Origin: an uncultured delta proteobacterium
GTDB lineage: Bacteria; Desulfobacterota; Binatia; Binatales; Binataceae
Length of the DNA: 64,000 nt
NCBI GenBank assembly: GCA_963808235.1
Contig: CAWEEQ010000004.1
Coordinates: forward strand, 928,001 to 992,000
Direction of reading: 5' to 3'
Part shown: piece after piece, positions 53,125-61,785 of the stretch
How the letters are laid out: the number at the start of each line of letters is the position of its first letter
How positions within the stretch are numbered: position 1 is the stretch's first letter
Position numbers and translations under genes: made by a program
Notes under the pieces: model-generated
Told to the model about the DNA's origin: nothing
What the model saw: only the letters and a program-made list of their open reading frames with translations
The model's database searches: none

Positions 53125-53367
53125 TTAGTAACCCGGAGTGACGGTCGTGGTCCGCTGTCTTTCGACCATGCCGTTGTTATCGGTGGTGGTAGTCGTGGTT
53201 GACGACATCGGAGCCGGCGCAGGAGCGGTCTCGACGACCGGGGCCGGCGCGCTTTCGACAACCGGTGACGGCGTCGTGTTGTCTACCGTTTTGTGATACG
53301 AGCATGCGGAAACCAGTCCGCATGCTGCGATTGCCGCCGGAATGATTACGAGCCGTTTGAAACGCAT
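53125..53367 (-). CDS. Small Pro/Thr-rich lipoprotein (paralogue 1)
   Basis: GGAGG + ATG 53367; lipobox VSAC; CSYHKT...NGMVERQRTTT. Confidence 0.75.
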   Translation of the reverse strand: MRFKRLVIIPAAIAACGLVSACSYHKTVDNTTPSPVVESAPAPVVETAPAPAPMSSTTTTTTDNNGMVERQRTTTVTPGY

Positions 53368-53419
53368 AGTTGTCGTGCCTCCAAATTTGCTGAGTTTTCT
53401 AATCAGCGTTGATTTCACG

Positions 53420-53450
53420 TTCGCACGTGATTCCTTTCGCACGTGATTCC
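53420..53450. repeat. 15-bp perfect tandem direct repeat
   Basis: TTCGCACGTGATTCC at 53420-53434 and 53436-53450. Confidence 0.85.
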
Positions 53451-53466
53451 CAATGACGCGCTGTTT

Positions 53467-53760
53467 TTAGTACGGAGCCGTGTAGGTCGTAGTACGCTGC
53501 CTTTCCACGACCCCGTTGTCATTGGTGGTAGTAGTCGTGGTCGAGCTCGAAGTCGCCGGCACCGGCACGGTTTGTACTACCGTCGGCGCTGGAACGGTCT
53601 GAACTACTGTCGGCGGCGGAACGGTCTCAACCACCGGTGGCGGAACGTTCTGAACGACCGCAGGCGGCGTGTTTTCGATCGTCTTGTGATAGGAACATCC
53701 AGTGGCGATCCCGCAGGCCAGGATTGCGGCCGGGACTATCGTAAGGCCTTTGTATTTCAT
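53467..53760 (-). CDS. Small Pro/Thr/Val-rich lipoprotein (paralogue 2)
   Basis: GGAGG + ATG 53760; lipobox ATGC; CSYHKT...NGVVERQRTTT. Confidence 0.75.
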   Translation of the reverse strand: MKYKGLTIVPAAILACGIATGCSYHKTIENTPPAVVQNVPPPVVETVPPPTVVQTVPAPTVVQTVPVPATSSSTTTTTTNDNGVVERQRTTTYTAPY

Positions 53761-53824
53761 GCTTAGCCTCCAAGCGCTGAATTCGTTGTTGATGCGAATC
53801 CAATTCGCGCTTGAAAGACTATTC

Positions 53825-53840
53825 AGCAAGAATCCGGCCA
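53825..53840 (-). promoter_or_regulatory. Putative sigma54 promoter
   Basis: Minus strand TGGCCGGATTCTTGCT (GG-N10-GC), about 65 nt upstream of ATG 53760. Confidence 0.5.
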
Positions 53841-54031
53841 AAAGATGCCACCCATTTCGCTTGGTTTGATGTGGCTGCCGATGCCGCGCTCAACGCCGCA
53901 TTCGATGCCCCGCCGGTAAAACTTTCTGCGGACAATTCCGCGGTGCGCGCGACCGCGCGAATGAAGAATGCGCCTGCACAGGAGAGGACGCGTCAGTGCA
54001 TGTCGATATAAACTTTTGAAAGAAAGGAAAA

Positions 54032-54610
54032 CTACCGAAGCGGCGGGTAGCAGGGCAATTCTGTCTTCAGTGCGTAAGCGTAGGTTCTTCCTCTCCACAC
54101 GAACTTGCCTTGCGTGCCGCCAAAGACTTCGTTGAGCGTGTCCATCATATGAGTGTAATTTGCGACATCGATTGGCGCATAGGCGAGGAATTGGTCCGAT
54201 CCTTTTGCAAGCGCCGTTTGAAGCGGCGGATCAAAATTGAGCTTCGCGATGCCCGGTTTCGCTGTCCACCCGCCTGCCGGCTGATTCTGCGCGCGCACGA
54301 CCGCCCATCGCGGCTCCGAGTCATTCTCAGTGAGAGTCCATTGGCGGCTCTCGATCGTGCCATCGCTGTTTACCCGTAGTTCTTCAATTCCGGGAGTCGC
54401 GCGTGCGAGCTGGTCGCAATGTGCCTGCAATTCGTCGGTCGGTCCGGTCGCGCCGCTCGGAATCTGCTCGGCGCTCTCGGCTGGCATAGCAGGAGGCGTG
54501 GCGGCCGGCGTCGATTTGTTTCGCCAATTGAAGCATCCCGCGGTCGCCACGATCGCGAATATCACTGCGTAGAAAAGCGGGCCGGACGCCGATCGGATGG
54601 AACCCTTCAC
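54032..54610 (-). CDS. Hypothetical lipoprotein
   Basis: GTG 54610 overlaps the upstream TGA; hydrophobic signal with TAGC lipobox. Confidence 0.6.
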   Translation of the reverse strand: MKGSIRSASGPLFYAVIFAIVATAGCFNWRNKSTPAATPPAMPAESAEQIPSGATGPTDELQAHCDQLARATPGIEELRVNSDGTIESRQWTLTENDSEPRWAVVRAQNQPAGGWTAKPGIAKLNFDPPLQTALAKGSDQFLAYAPIDVANYTHMMDTLNEVFGGTQGKFVWRGRTYAYALKTELPCYPPLR

Positions 54611-55284
54611 GACGCGGGAACCACTCCGCTGGCCACGTACACCATTCCGCCAAGCATTTCCTCCACCTTGAGCTCGGCAACCAAATCCTCCAGATGGCTC
54701 CAGGGGCGGGCAAGGCCTTCGAGCGTGGTCGTCGATCTGAGCGCAGCGCCCCACACCAGGACATTCAGCGGCATCGCCCGAATCGGCGCCCACTTAAGTC
54801 CGGCCGCAACCACTCTTGCGCCCGGCTTGAGATGACGGCGAACATTGGCGAGCGCACCCGGCGTACGCATGATGTCGTGCGTAAAATGAAACAGTGCGGC
54901 GTCCGCCGCTATCGGGATATCGGCATCCTCGACCGACGCCGAAATCAAGGCGACATTCGTCCACCCATTCTCTTTGGCCCGCGCGCGCGCCAGCTCGAGC
55001 ATCTCGGGACTCTGTTCGACTCCGACGATCGAGCCCGCGGGACCGACCGATCGCTCGATCGCGGGGAAACTGAGCCCCGTGCCGCAACCGATATCCACAA
55101 CCCCATCGCCGCTCTTTAGGCGCAGCAGTTCGACCGCGCGCTCGCGCACTGGCTCGAACAACGCCAGCTCGAGGTCGTAAATTCGTGCCCGCGACCGATA
55201 CTGGGAGAGCGCAACGGTGCGGCTGGGCGTGAGGAATCGCGCCAGTCTCTGCAAGGTTTCCGAGCGGTGATCTCGAGCGTCCAA
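54607..55284 (-). CDS. Class I SAM-dependent methyltransferase
   Basis: VVDIGCGTG motif I, GVEQSPEML, LKPGARVV. Confidence 0.85.
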   Translation of the reverse strand: MDARDHRSETLQRLARFLTPSRTVALSQYRSRARIYDLELALFEPVRERAVELLRLKSGDGVVDIGCGTGLSFPAIERSVGPAGSIVGVEQSPEMLELARARAKENGWTNVALISASVEDADIPIAADAALFHFTHDIMRTPGALANVRRHLKPGARVVAAGLKWAPIRAMPLNVLVWGAALRSTTTLEGLARPWSHLEDLVAELKVEEMLGGMVYVASGVVPAS

Positions 55285-55489
55285 GGCATTAATTCTTAGC
55301 CGCGCCGTCCGCGGAAGGAAAGCGGGTGGGGCGCGTCCGTTTGAAAAAGAGGGTCGAGAGCCTCGAATTTGGCTTTGCCTTTATGTCGTCTTGATGGTAC
55401 TAACTGTAAGTGTCGAATCCAACCAGTTTGGTTGGGAAACTGTTTTCTTCCCTGACGACAGGCAAAAACTTCACAAGGGGTACGAATCA

Positions 55490-55918
55490 ATGGCACGATC
55501 GAAGGAACGTAATTTTGGCCAGATCATCCGCGAACGCAGGCGGCAACTCGACCTCACCCAGGAGGAAGTTGCTCACCGCATCAAAACTTCGACGCCCTAC
55601 GTCGGGCACCTCGAATCGGCCAAGCGCCATCCCTCGGACAAAATCCTGACGCGGCTGGCAGAAGTGCTCGGTCTTGATCGTCGCGAACTTTTCTTTCTCG
55701 CCAATCCCCGCGCCCAAGCGTTGCTCAGTGATGAGACGGCGTCCACGGCCGATTCGGCATGGGAAGATTTCCGGAAGAACGAACAGTTGCGGCGCGTCCA
55801 CAGCATCTCGAACGAAGAGATGGAGATGCTCTCGCGAGTGGCGCTGCTCGGCGAGGTACGCTCGGCGCGCGACTTCATTTACATACTCAATACGGTCCGT
55901 CACGCAGTCGGCAGGTAA
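55490..55918 (+). CDS. XRE-family HTH transcriptional regulator with helical C-terminal domain
   Basis: FGQIIRERRRQLDLTQEEVA...YVGHLE...RHPS...L.RLAEVLG; ATG 55490. Confidence 0.9.
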   Translation: MARSKERNFGQIIRERRRQLDLTQEEVAHRIKTSTPYVGHLESAKRHPSDKILTRLAEVLGLDRRELFFLANPRAQALLSDETASTADSAWEDFRKNEQLRRVHSISNEEMEMLSRVALLGEVRSARDFIYILNTVRHAVGR

Positions 55919-56037
55919 CCTTACGCCTCGCAGGGGCGTCGGCTTCGTCCCAATCGGGATTCGACAGCGCCGGAGTGCCAACTCCGGCGTTTCCTTATTT
56001 TTCGGCAGGAACGATGCCGGTTCAGAACGACACCGGT

Positions 56038-57207
56038 CTAGATCGTTTTCCGAAACGCGTCCGCCGGCGTTACCCGCATTGCGCCGAGCACCGGCAGCGC
56101 GGCGCTCAGGATGCTGATGAAGACCGCGGCGACCAGGGCCTCGACCGCGGCGCTGTAAGTAACGGTCAGGTAGCCCGCGCTTTCAAGCACCGATTTCAGC
56201 GTGGTCCCGCTGCCGAATTGCCATAGCGCCAGAACGCATCCGAGCGTTCCGCCCGCGGCTCCGATCAGCGCGCATTCGCCGAACAGCAGACGCGCGATAT
56301 ACAGCGGATTGAATCCGAGCGCGCGCAGCACCGCCACGTCGCGCAACCGTTCGCGAACCATCATCGACATCGAGTTCGCCGCGATCAGCAAAATCGTGAG
56401 CGCGATCGCCACCGAGACGCCATCCACGATGCTGCGGATGTCGCCGACGCTGGACATGAGTCCGGAGACCGCTTCGCTTTCGGTCATCGTCGCGGTCTCG
56501 AAGTCCGAGTTGTGGAAGGTCCGGTCGATTTCGCGAATCACCGACGGAACCCGCTCCGGAGACTCGATTCGGCTGACCAGGAATCCGGCGGGATGCTTCT
56601 CTTCGGGAATTCCGATCGCTTTTTCCGCTTCGACCAGGTAGTCGCGCCGGAACATGAAAAAATTGGGGTAGTTGCTCGACGGGATCTCGCCGGCAAGCAC
56701 AAAGCGAATCTTGAGCCGATTGGAATCGCCGCGAAGCGTGATCACGTCGCCGATTTTCCATCCATGGTTCCGCATCAGCAGCCTGCCCACGATCGCCGCG
56801 GTCCGATCATGCGAGAACTTCTCCAACACCGACGCCGGCAGATCGTAGTCGGGATACAGGACGGCGACTTTGTCCGCATCGAGTGCGAAGGCCTGGATCG
56901 TTTCGCCCTCGCGCTGGTAGGTGGCTCGCAGCACGACCATCGGCATGCATCCGACCACGCCGGGAATTTCCTCGATCCCCCTGCAATCGCGCGCCGGCAA
57001 GCCGAGGTAGCGGCCGTCCGCATTGTACGAGTAGACCCGCAAAGTCTGCGCGGTCTTCTCGAGAATCATGTCGATCGATGAGGGTATCGCCGCCAACACG
57101 GTGAAGATGAACGTCGCGACTGCGAACGTGAGCATGGTCAGAACCGCGCGCCTCGGTTCCCGGATGAGATTGCGCAACACGAGCCGGAGCGCCTGCATTC
57201 CTCTCAC
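56038..57207 (-). CDS. ABC transporter permease (MacB/FtsX-like)
   Basis: N-terminal TM, periplasmic domain, ANSMSMMVRER.RDVAVLRALGF, C-terminal TMs. Confidence 0.88.
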   Translation of the reverse strand: MRGMQALRLVLRNLIREPRRAVLTMLTFAVATFIFTVLAAIPSSIDMILEKTAQTLRVYSYNADGRYLGLPARDCRGIEEIPGVVGCMPMVVLRATYQREGETIQAFALDADKVAVLYPDYDLPASVLEKFSHDRTAAIVGRLLMRNHGWKIGDVITLRGDSNRLKIRFVLAGEIPSSNYPNFFMFRRDYLVEAEKAIGIPEEKHPAGFLVSRIESPERVPSVIREIDRTFHNSDFETATMTESEAVSGLMSSVGDIRSIVDGVSVAIALTILLIAANSMSMMVRERLRDVAVLRALGFNPLYIARLLFGECALIGAAGGTLGCVLALWQFGSGTTLKSVLESAGYLTVTYSAAVEALVAAVFISILSAALPVLGAMRVTPADAFRKTI

Positions 57208-58373
57208 GCCTCGCGCAGCGACTCTACTATCGGCAGACGAGACGCTCGCCAGGCAGGCGGCACGCCGCCGGCGACTCCGATCAAAATTGCCGCGAGAATT
57301 CCCCCTCCCAGCGCGCTGAGGGTGAACGCCGACGAAAAAACCAGCGCCCCCACACTCATCAGATGATGGTTGAGGCCGCTCCCGATGCTGAGCACCATCG
57401 CGAGCACATCGCCAATCGCGCCGCCCACCGCTCCCAGGATGACGCTCTCCGCCAGAAAACTTGTCAGCACCGCGCCCTTGCCGAAGCCCAGCGTTCTCAG
57501 CACCCCGACTTCGCGAGTGCGCCGCGCCACTGCCGCGTACATCGTGTTCATGCCGCCGAATGCGGCGCCGGTCCCCACTATGATGCCCACCAGCAGGACC
57601 ATCGCGCGCAGCCGATCCGCCACCTTCGCCTGCTCCGCGAAGAACTGCCGCTCGCTCATCGCATCGACGGTCAGCCGCGAATCATTGCTGAGCGCGCTTA
57701 GAAAGCTGTCCGCAGTCCCCGGCTTCAGCACCACGTGAAATGACGAGAACCCATTCTCGAACCTGGCGTCCTGCTGGATCACGTCGAGGTCGGCCCAGAA
57801 TTCCGATTCAAGCGCGCTGCCTCGATCGGCGAAGATTCCTACCACCGTCCAGTTCCGCCGTCCGTACTTGAACGTCGAGCCCACCGAAAGCTCCGGGAAA
57901 CGCGCCGCCTGCTTTCGTCCGATCGCCATTTCCTCCCGGCCGGGATCTGGCCATCGTCCCGCGACCAGCTTGAGGCCGCGATGCATCTCGTATGCGACCG
58001 GAGTGACTCCGCGCAGCGACGCCGGCTGAAAGTGGTTCGCCGCCCGCTTGATTCCGGCATTGAACGGTACCACCATCTCCGGCGAGAACAGCGCTTTTCC
58101 TGAAGCGTCAGTCGCGATCTCGGGCCGGGTGCGAAGGATATCGGACTCCTCGCGCGGGATGTAACTCTCGCCCTCGGAAACCGTGCCGCGGCTCAGGATG
58201 ATCCAGTTGCCCGCCTCCCCCGCGAGTTCCAGGCTCGCGCGCATCCCGCTGACGAAGCTCAGCAGGATCACCACGACCATCACCACCAGCGCCACTCCCA
58301 GCGCGGTCATGAGCGAGGTGGTCCGCCGCACCATCAGGCTGCGCAAATTGTAGGTTATCGGAATAGCGGCCAT
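57204..58373 (-). CDS. ABC transporter permease (MacB/FtsX-like)
   Basis: YNLRSL.VR, MNTMYAAVARRTREVGVLRTLGF, PAWRASRL. Confidence 0.88.
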   Translation of the reverse strand: MAAIPITYNLRSLMVRRTTSLMTALGVALVVMVVVILLSFVSGMRASLELAGEAGNWIILSRGTVSEGESYIPREESDILRTRPEIATDASGKALFSPEMVVPFNAGIKRAANHFQPASLRGVTPVAYEMHRGLKLVAGRWPDPGREEMAIGRKQAARFPELSVGSTFKYGRRNWTVVGIFADRGSALESEFWADLDVIQQDARFENGFSSFHVVLKPGTADSFLSALSNDSRLTVDAMSERQFFAEQAKVADRLRAMVLLVGIIVGTGAAFGGMNTMYAAVARRTREVGVLRTLGFGKGAVLTSFLAESVILGAVGGAIGDVLAMVLSIGSGLNHHLMSVGALVFSSAFTLSALGGGILAAILIGVAGGVPPAWRASRLPIVESLREA

Positions 58374-59402
58374 TCCAGCTCCCGAATCGCAAACCGTTTG
58401 CCGAACCGTCGCTCAATAGTCGCCTCTTGCGATTTGCCCGCGACGCTCTCTTGCATCACTCCCCAGTACGATTCCGTCCAATGAGCCGCCTCGCTGAATC
58501 CCGGCTTTGAGAGCAGCAGCGCGTGCAACTTCGGCAGCCGATAAAACGGCACGCTCGGAAAGAAGTGATGTTCGAGATGGTAGTTCACGTTTTTCGGAGC
58601 CAGAAAAATCTTCTCGAGCAACGCCGCATGTGTGGAGCGGGTCTGCGCGTATACGCCGTCGCCTTTTTCGATCGCGGAATGCTCGGCGATACTTCGCACT
58701 CGCATGATCATAACCAGCCATGTGAATAGCGGAATCAACCAGTAGATAGCAAAGCCTTTGAGCGCGCCCCAGGTAAATAATGAGTGTCGAGCGAGCGGCG
58801 TAAAAGCCATAGCGCGCAAGCAGGAACGTCGTGTTCACAGTGTCACGCGGCCAACCATCGGTCGCCGCCACCTTGATCAGAGCGAACGCGTTCAGACCCG
58901 ATACGTCGCGAAACAGCAGCCGCCCGAGATCGCTGGCGGGTTTCGGAAAAATCCACGCTGGATCGTTCTGCTTGCGCTTCCAGTCCGGATCTTTTTCGCT
59001 GTTCAAATATCGATGATGTGCGATGTGATTCTTGCGGTACGGTCCCGCCGCGACCAGATGCGGCCACGCGAGCACCACTTCGGACACGAAGTCGTTGAGC
59101 CGGCGGTTGCGGAACAGCCGGTAGTGGACGCCGTCGTGCATCAAAATCAACAGCGCATGCTGACGCGCGCCGATAATCGCGACCGCCAGGATGTAGAGCA
59201 GGGGGCTCCAGTACCGCTCGCACAAGTAGATCGTCGCGACGATCGCTCCCCACTCGGCCGCGATATGTAGCCAGCTGAGGAATGGGTTGAGCTTCGAAAG
59301 CTCGGTCAGTTCTTCTTTGGTCAGCTTGACCGGTATGTTGCCCGAGAAATCGCCGATCGAATTGATTCCCGTCGGCGCCGCTGCTTCAGATCTGGGATTC
59401 AT
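58355..59402 (-). CDS. Membrane fatty acid desaturase family protein (one frameshift near 58790)
   Basis: His boxes HDGVH and HIAHH in the first frame; AEH and YHLEHH..PSVPFY.LP.LH in the second frame. Confidence 0.85.
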
Positions 59403-59518
59403 GTTCTTCCTCGTAGATTTGCGGCTTCAGAAAATCCGAAGTCCGCAAGCCGAAGCCAGTTAACAGTCAACAATTGAGTTCCTCGAGAATTTGCGCGAGT
59501 TCTCGCAATGCCTTCGCC

Positions 59519-60238
59519 TCAGAGCTGCATCGCCATGCTGGCGTGCGCGCCGCTTGCGCCCGGAGCCGGCGGCGGAACGAAAAAACCGTCGCGCGCTGTA
59601 ACTCGAAGTCCGGTTTCAGGTTTTCGCCCCAGGAAATTGCTGAAGCGAAGAACTCGATTGCCGTCGCGAGTCTCCGTCACCAGGCTCGCGAATGCCTGCG
59701 TAAGTTTGTTGAGAGCGTCCCCTTCCATGATCATCGGTTGCGCCCAAATCGGCTGCCCCGAGAGCGTTTCGAGAAACGGATACTCCAGCGGCTCACCGAC
59801 ATTGACGAAGCCCACGCCGCGATAGAACGGAGTCCCGTCGACCGGCTTGACGCTCAAATAAGCAAGCAGCGCGCGCGCATCGAGCAGGCCCGCGAGAATC
59901 GCCGCGCCTGCGCGCGCCAGCGTCCCCGCCCCGAACGAGCATGACCACAGGTCGCTGACTTCAAGCACCGATCGCGCCGGAAGATGCGACAGGTCGGGCT
60001 TCGAGCAGGTTTGCGGAAACATTTCCAGATCGTGCATCACCATGCCGGCGATCATCTGCTCGGCTGGATCATCGTCATGTTTGAAAAGTGCGTAGAGATT
60101 CCCGAAGGTGAGCTGTATCTCGCCCAGTCGCGAGCGCGGCCGTTCCCTGAAACCGCCCCCATGCCTGGCGCGAATCTGTTCGACCCGATCGGCAAAAATT
60201 TTTCGGTCTTTATCTTTGGATAGTAATCGCAGTTCCAT
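59519..60238 (-). CDS. Hypothetical protein, probable divergent GNAT-fold N-acyltransferase
   Basis: GGAGG + ATG 60238; VLEVSDLWS, FGAGTL, FYRGVGF..VGEP patterns. Fold assigned by eye only. Confidence 0.6.
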   Translation of the reverse strand: MELRLLSKDKDRKIFADRVEQIRARHGGGFRERPRSRLGEIQLTFGNLYALFKHDDDPAEQMIAGMVMHDLEMFPQTCSKPDLSHLPARSVLEVSDLWSCSFGAGTLARAGAAILAGLLDARALLAYLSVKPVDGTPFYRGVGFVNVGEPLEYPFLETLSGQPIWAQPMIMEGDALNKLTQAFASLVTETRDGNRVLRFSNFLGRKPETGLRVTARDGFFVPPPAPGASGAHASMAMQL

Positions 60239-60540
60239 CGAGTGAGATCCTCCCCAAGTTGGCTGAATGTATAAGCCGCGATCGAAGTTCACTGTTGGAG
60301 CGTCCGCAGTGAATACTGGGAGGAGCACGCGGCGCACCGCGCGGAATGGACGGCGACCCAAGGCCGGTGGCCTTGGCGCCAAAACACTGTGAATGTGTGG
60401 ACAACCCGTCAGCAAGATACAGCAAGTGCACGAGAAATGCGCCCACAAACAGTACAGTTATGTTACTGCCAGGCGTAAAATATTCTCGAAGACGTAATAA
60501 TATTCGCCTCACGATACGCCCGGCTGACGTATTGCCTGTT

Positions 60541-60570
60541 TTGCAACAATACTGTACTTTTGGTTATAGT
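60541..60570 (+). promoter_or_regulatory. Putative sigma70 promoter of the HExxH peptidase gene
   Basis: TTGCAA-N18-TATAGT, 35 nt upstream of ATG 60606. Confidence 0.5.
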
Positions 60571-60605
60571 GACTTATGAGTCGCTGAAGGGGTTCGCAAC
60601 CGTTC

Positions 60606-61412
60606 ATGCCTATCGGCAGCCGCATCTCGAATATCGACAGCCTGGCGAGTGACGTTCTCGCTACCGTCACTCAGAGCCGCCGCCCCCGGACGCCCGCCCT
60701 GGCGGCCGCGCGAGACGAGATCACCCGGCTCGAGCACCGTGAATACGGCCGCTCGCTGCGTGGCCGTTTCGCTCGTTCCGAGGTCCTCGAGGTCGTTCGC
60801 GAGGCGCGCGCCAAGGCCTGGCCGGACCTCAACCGGCAGCCGGTCCGGCTCGGCTCGATGAAGGAATTTGCCGATCGTGCCTCGAGTCTGGGCGCCGATT
60901 TCCAGATTGCCAAGATGGCGTGGCCGTCCGGGCTCGCCCTGTTCGGCTTCTATTTGGGCCGTGGCACTGGATCGCAAAAGCGTCCCCTCATCTGCGTCAA
61001 TGCCGCCCATCATCGCGCCGCGGTCGGTATGGCTTTTGCTCACGAGGTCGGCCACCACGTCACCGCCAGCCTGTTCGCGATGCGCTCGCAGCCGCCCCTG
61101 CCTTCGCTCTATACCGGTTACGAGTCGCATTTCGACGATCCGCTCGAGCTGGCCGCCGACATTGCCGTCAGCCTGGGGATGTACCCGCGGAATATTGCCC
61201 GGAAGTTGTTCCGTGAGAGCGAGCGGGAGGTGATTCTGACCGCCGAACAGCCTAAAAAATCAGCCACCCGCGCGACCGCCCTGGGCTATGTCCGGCACCG
61301 TTATGGACTCGATCTCGCGAGTCTACCCACTCAGAAACAGATTCAGTATCAGGCCGCCTTGATCCATTTCACCAAGCTGCGCCAGGCTCTGCTTCAGCAA
61401 TACGACATCTGA
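60606..61412 (+). CDS. ImmA/IrrE (peptidase M78)-like HExxH metalloprotein
   Basis: GFY...PLICVN...AFAHEVGHH...ELAAD...GMYP matches the I.vN...aHElgH...E..An...llP layout. Confidence 0.65.
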   Translation: MPIGSRISNIDSLASDVLATVTQSRRPRTPALAAARDEITRLEHREYGRSLRGRFARSEVLEVVREARAKAWPDLNRQPVRLGSMKEFADRASSLGADFQIAKMAWPSGLALFGFYLGRGTGSQKRPLICVNAAHHRAAVGMAFAHEVGHHVTASLFAMRSQPPLPSLYTGYESHFDDPLELAADIAVSLGMYPRNIARKLFRESEREVILTAEQPKKSATRATALGYVRHRYGLDLASLPTQKQIQYQAALIHFTKLRQALLQQYDI

Positions 61413-61418
61413 AATCTT

Positions 61419-61763
61419 TCAGGTTCGCAATCGCGACGTCAGTCCGAGCGCCGCGCGCAGCTTGGGCTTGAGCAGATGCACCAGCTTCGCCTCGAAGCAC
61501 ACGTAGTTGTCGGGAACGTCGAGCACCACGACTTTCCTGGCATGCGAATCGCCGAAGCGCTCGTGGATGAAGCGTCGATGCGCGTCTTCCATCACGCAAA
61601 TCACGTCCGCCTCTTCGACCAGCTCCAGGCTGACCTGGTTCTTCGCCCACGACTCCGTGCCGGCCGAGGTCACCCACATCGGCGCGCACATCTCCGCCAG
61701 CAGCATCGCGGCGGTCGGACTGCGATCCAGGTTGCCCGTGCAGACCATCAAAACTTTCTTCAT
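61419..61763 (-). CDS. Low molecular weight phosphotyrosine phosphatase-like protein
   Basis: VLMVCTGNLDRSPTA (CX5R), SAGT, ADVI.VM, LDVPD. Confidence 0.85.
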   Translation of the reverse strand: MKKVLMVCTGNLDRSPTAAMLLAEMCAPMWVTSAGTESWAKNQVSLELVEEADVICVMEDAHRRFIHERFGDSHARKVVVLDVPDNYVCFEAKLVHLLKPKLRAALGLTSRLRT

Positions 61764-61785
61764 CTCGATTTTTCTTTTGTGCCGG

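Noticed and set aside
58355-59402. Desaturase as a pseudogene or programmed frameshift
   Set aside because: There is a single indel, all His boxes are intact, no clear slippery site is present, and the assembly has many similar indels.
60239-60448. Cys-rich N-terminal extension of the 309-aa ORF 59519..60448
   Set aside because: A strong GGAGG precedes ATG 60238, so the extension most likely lies in the leader/promoter region.
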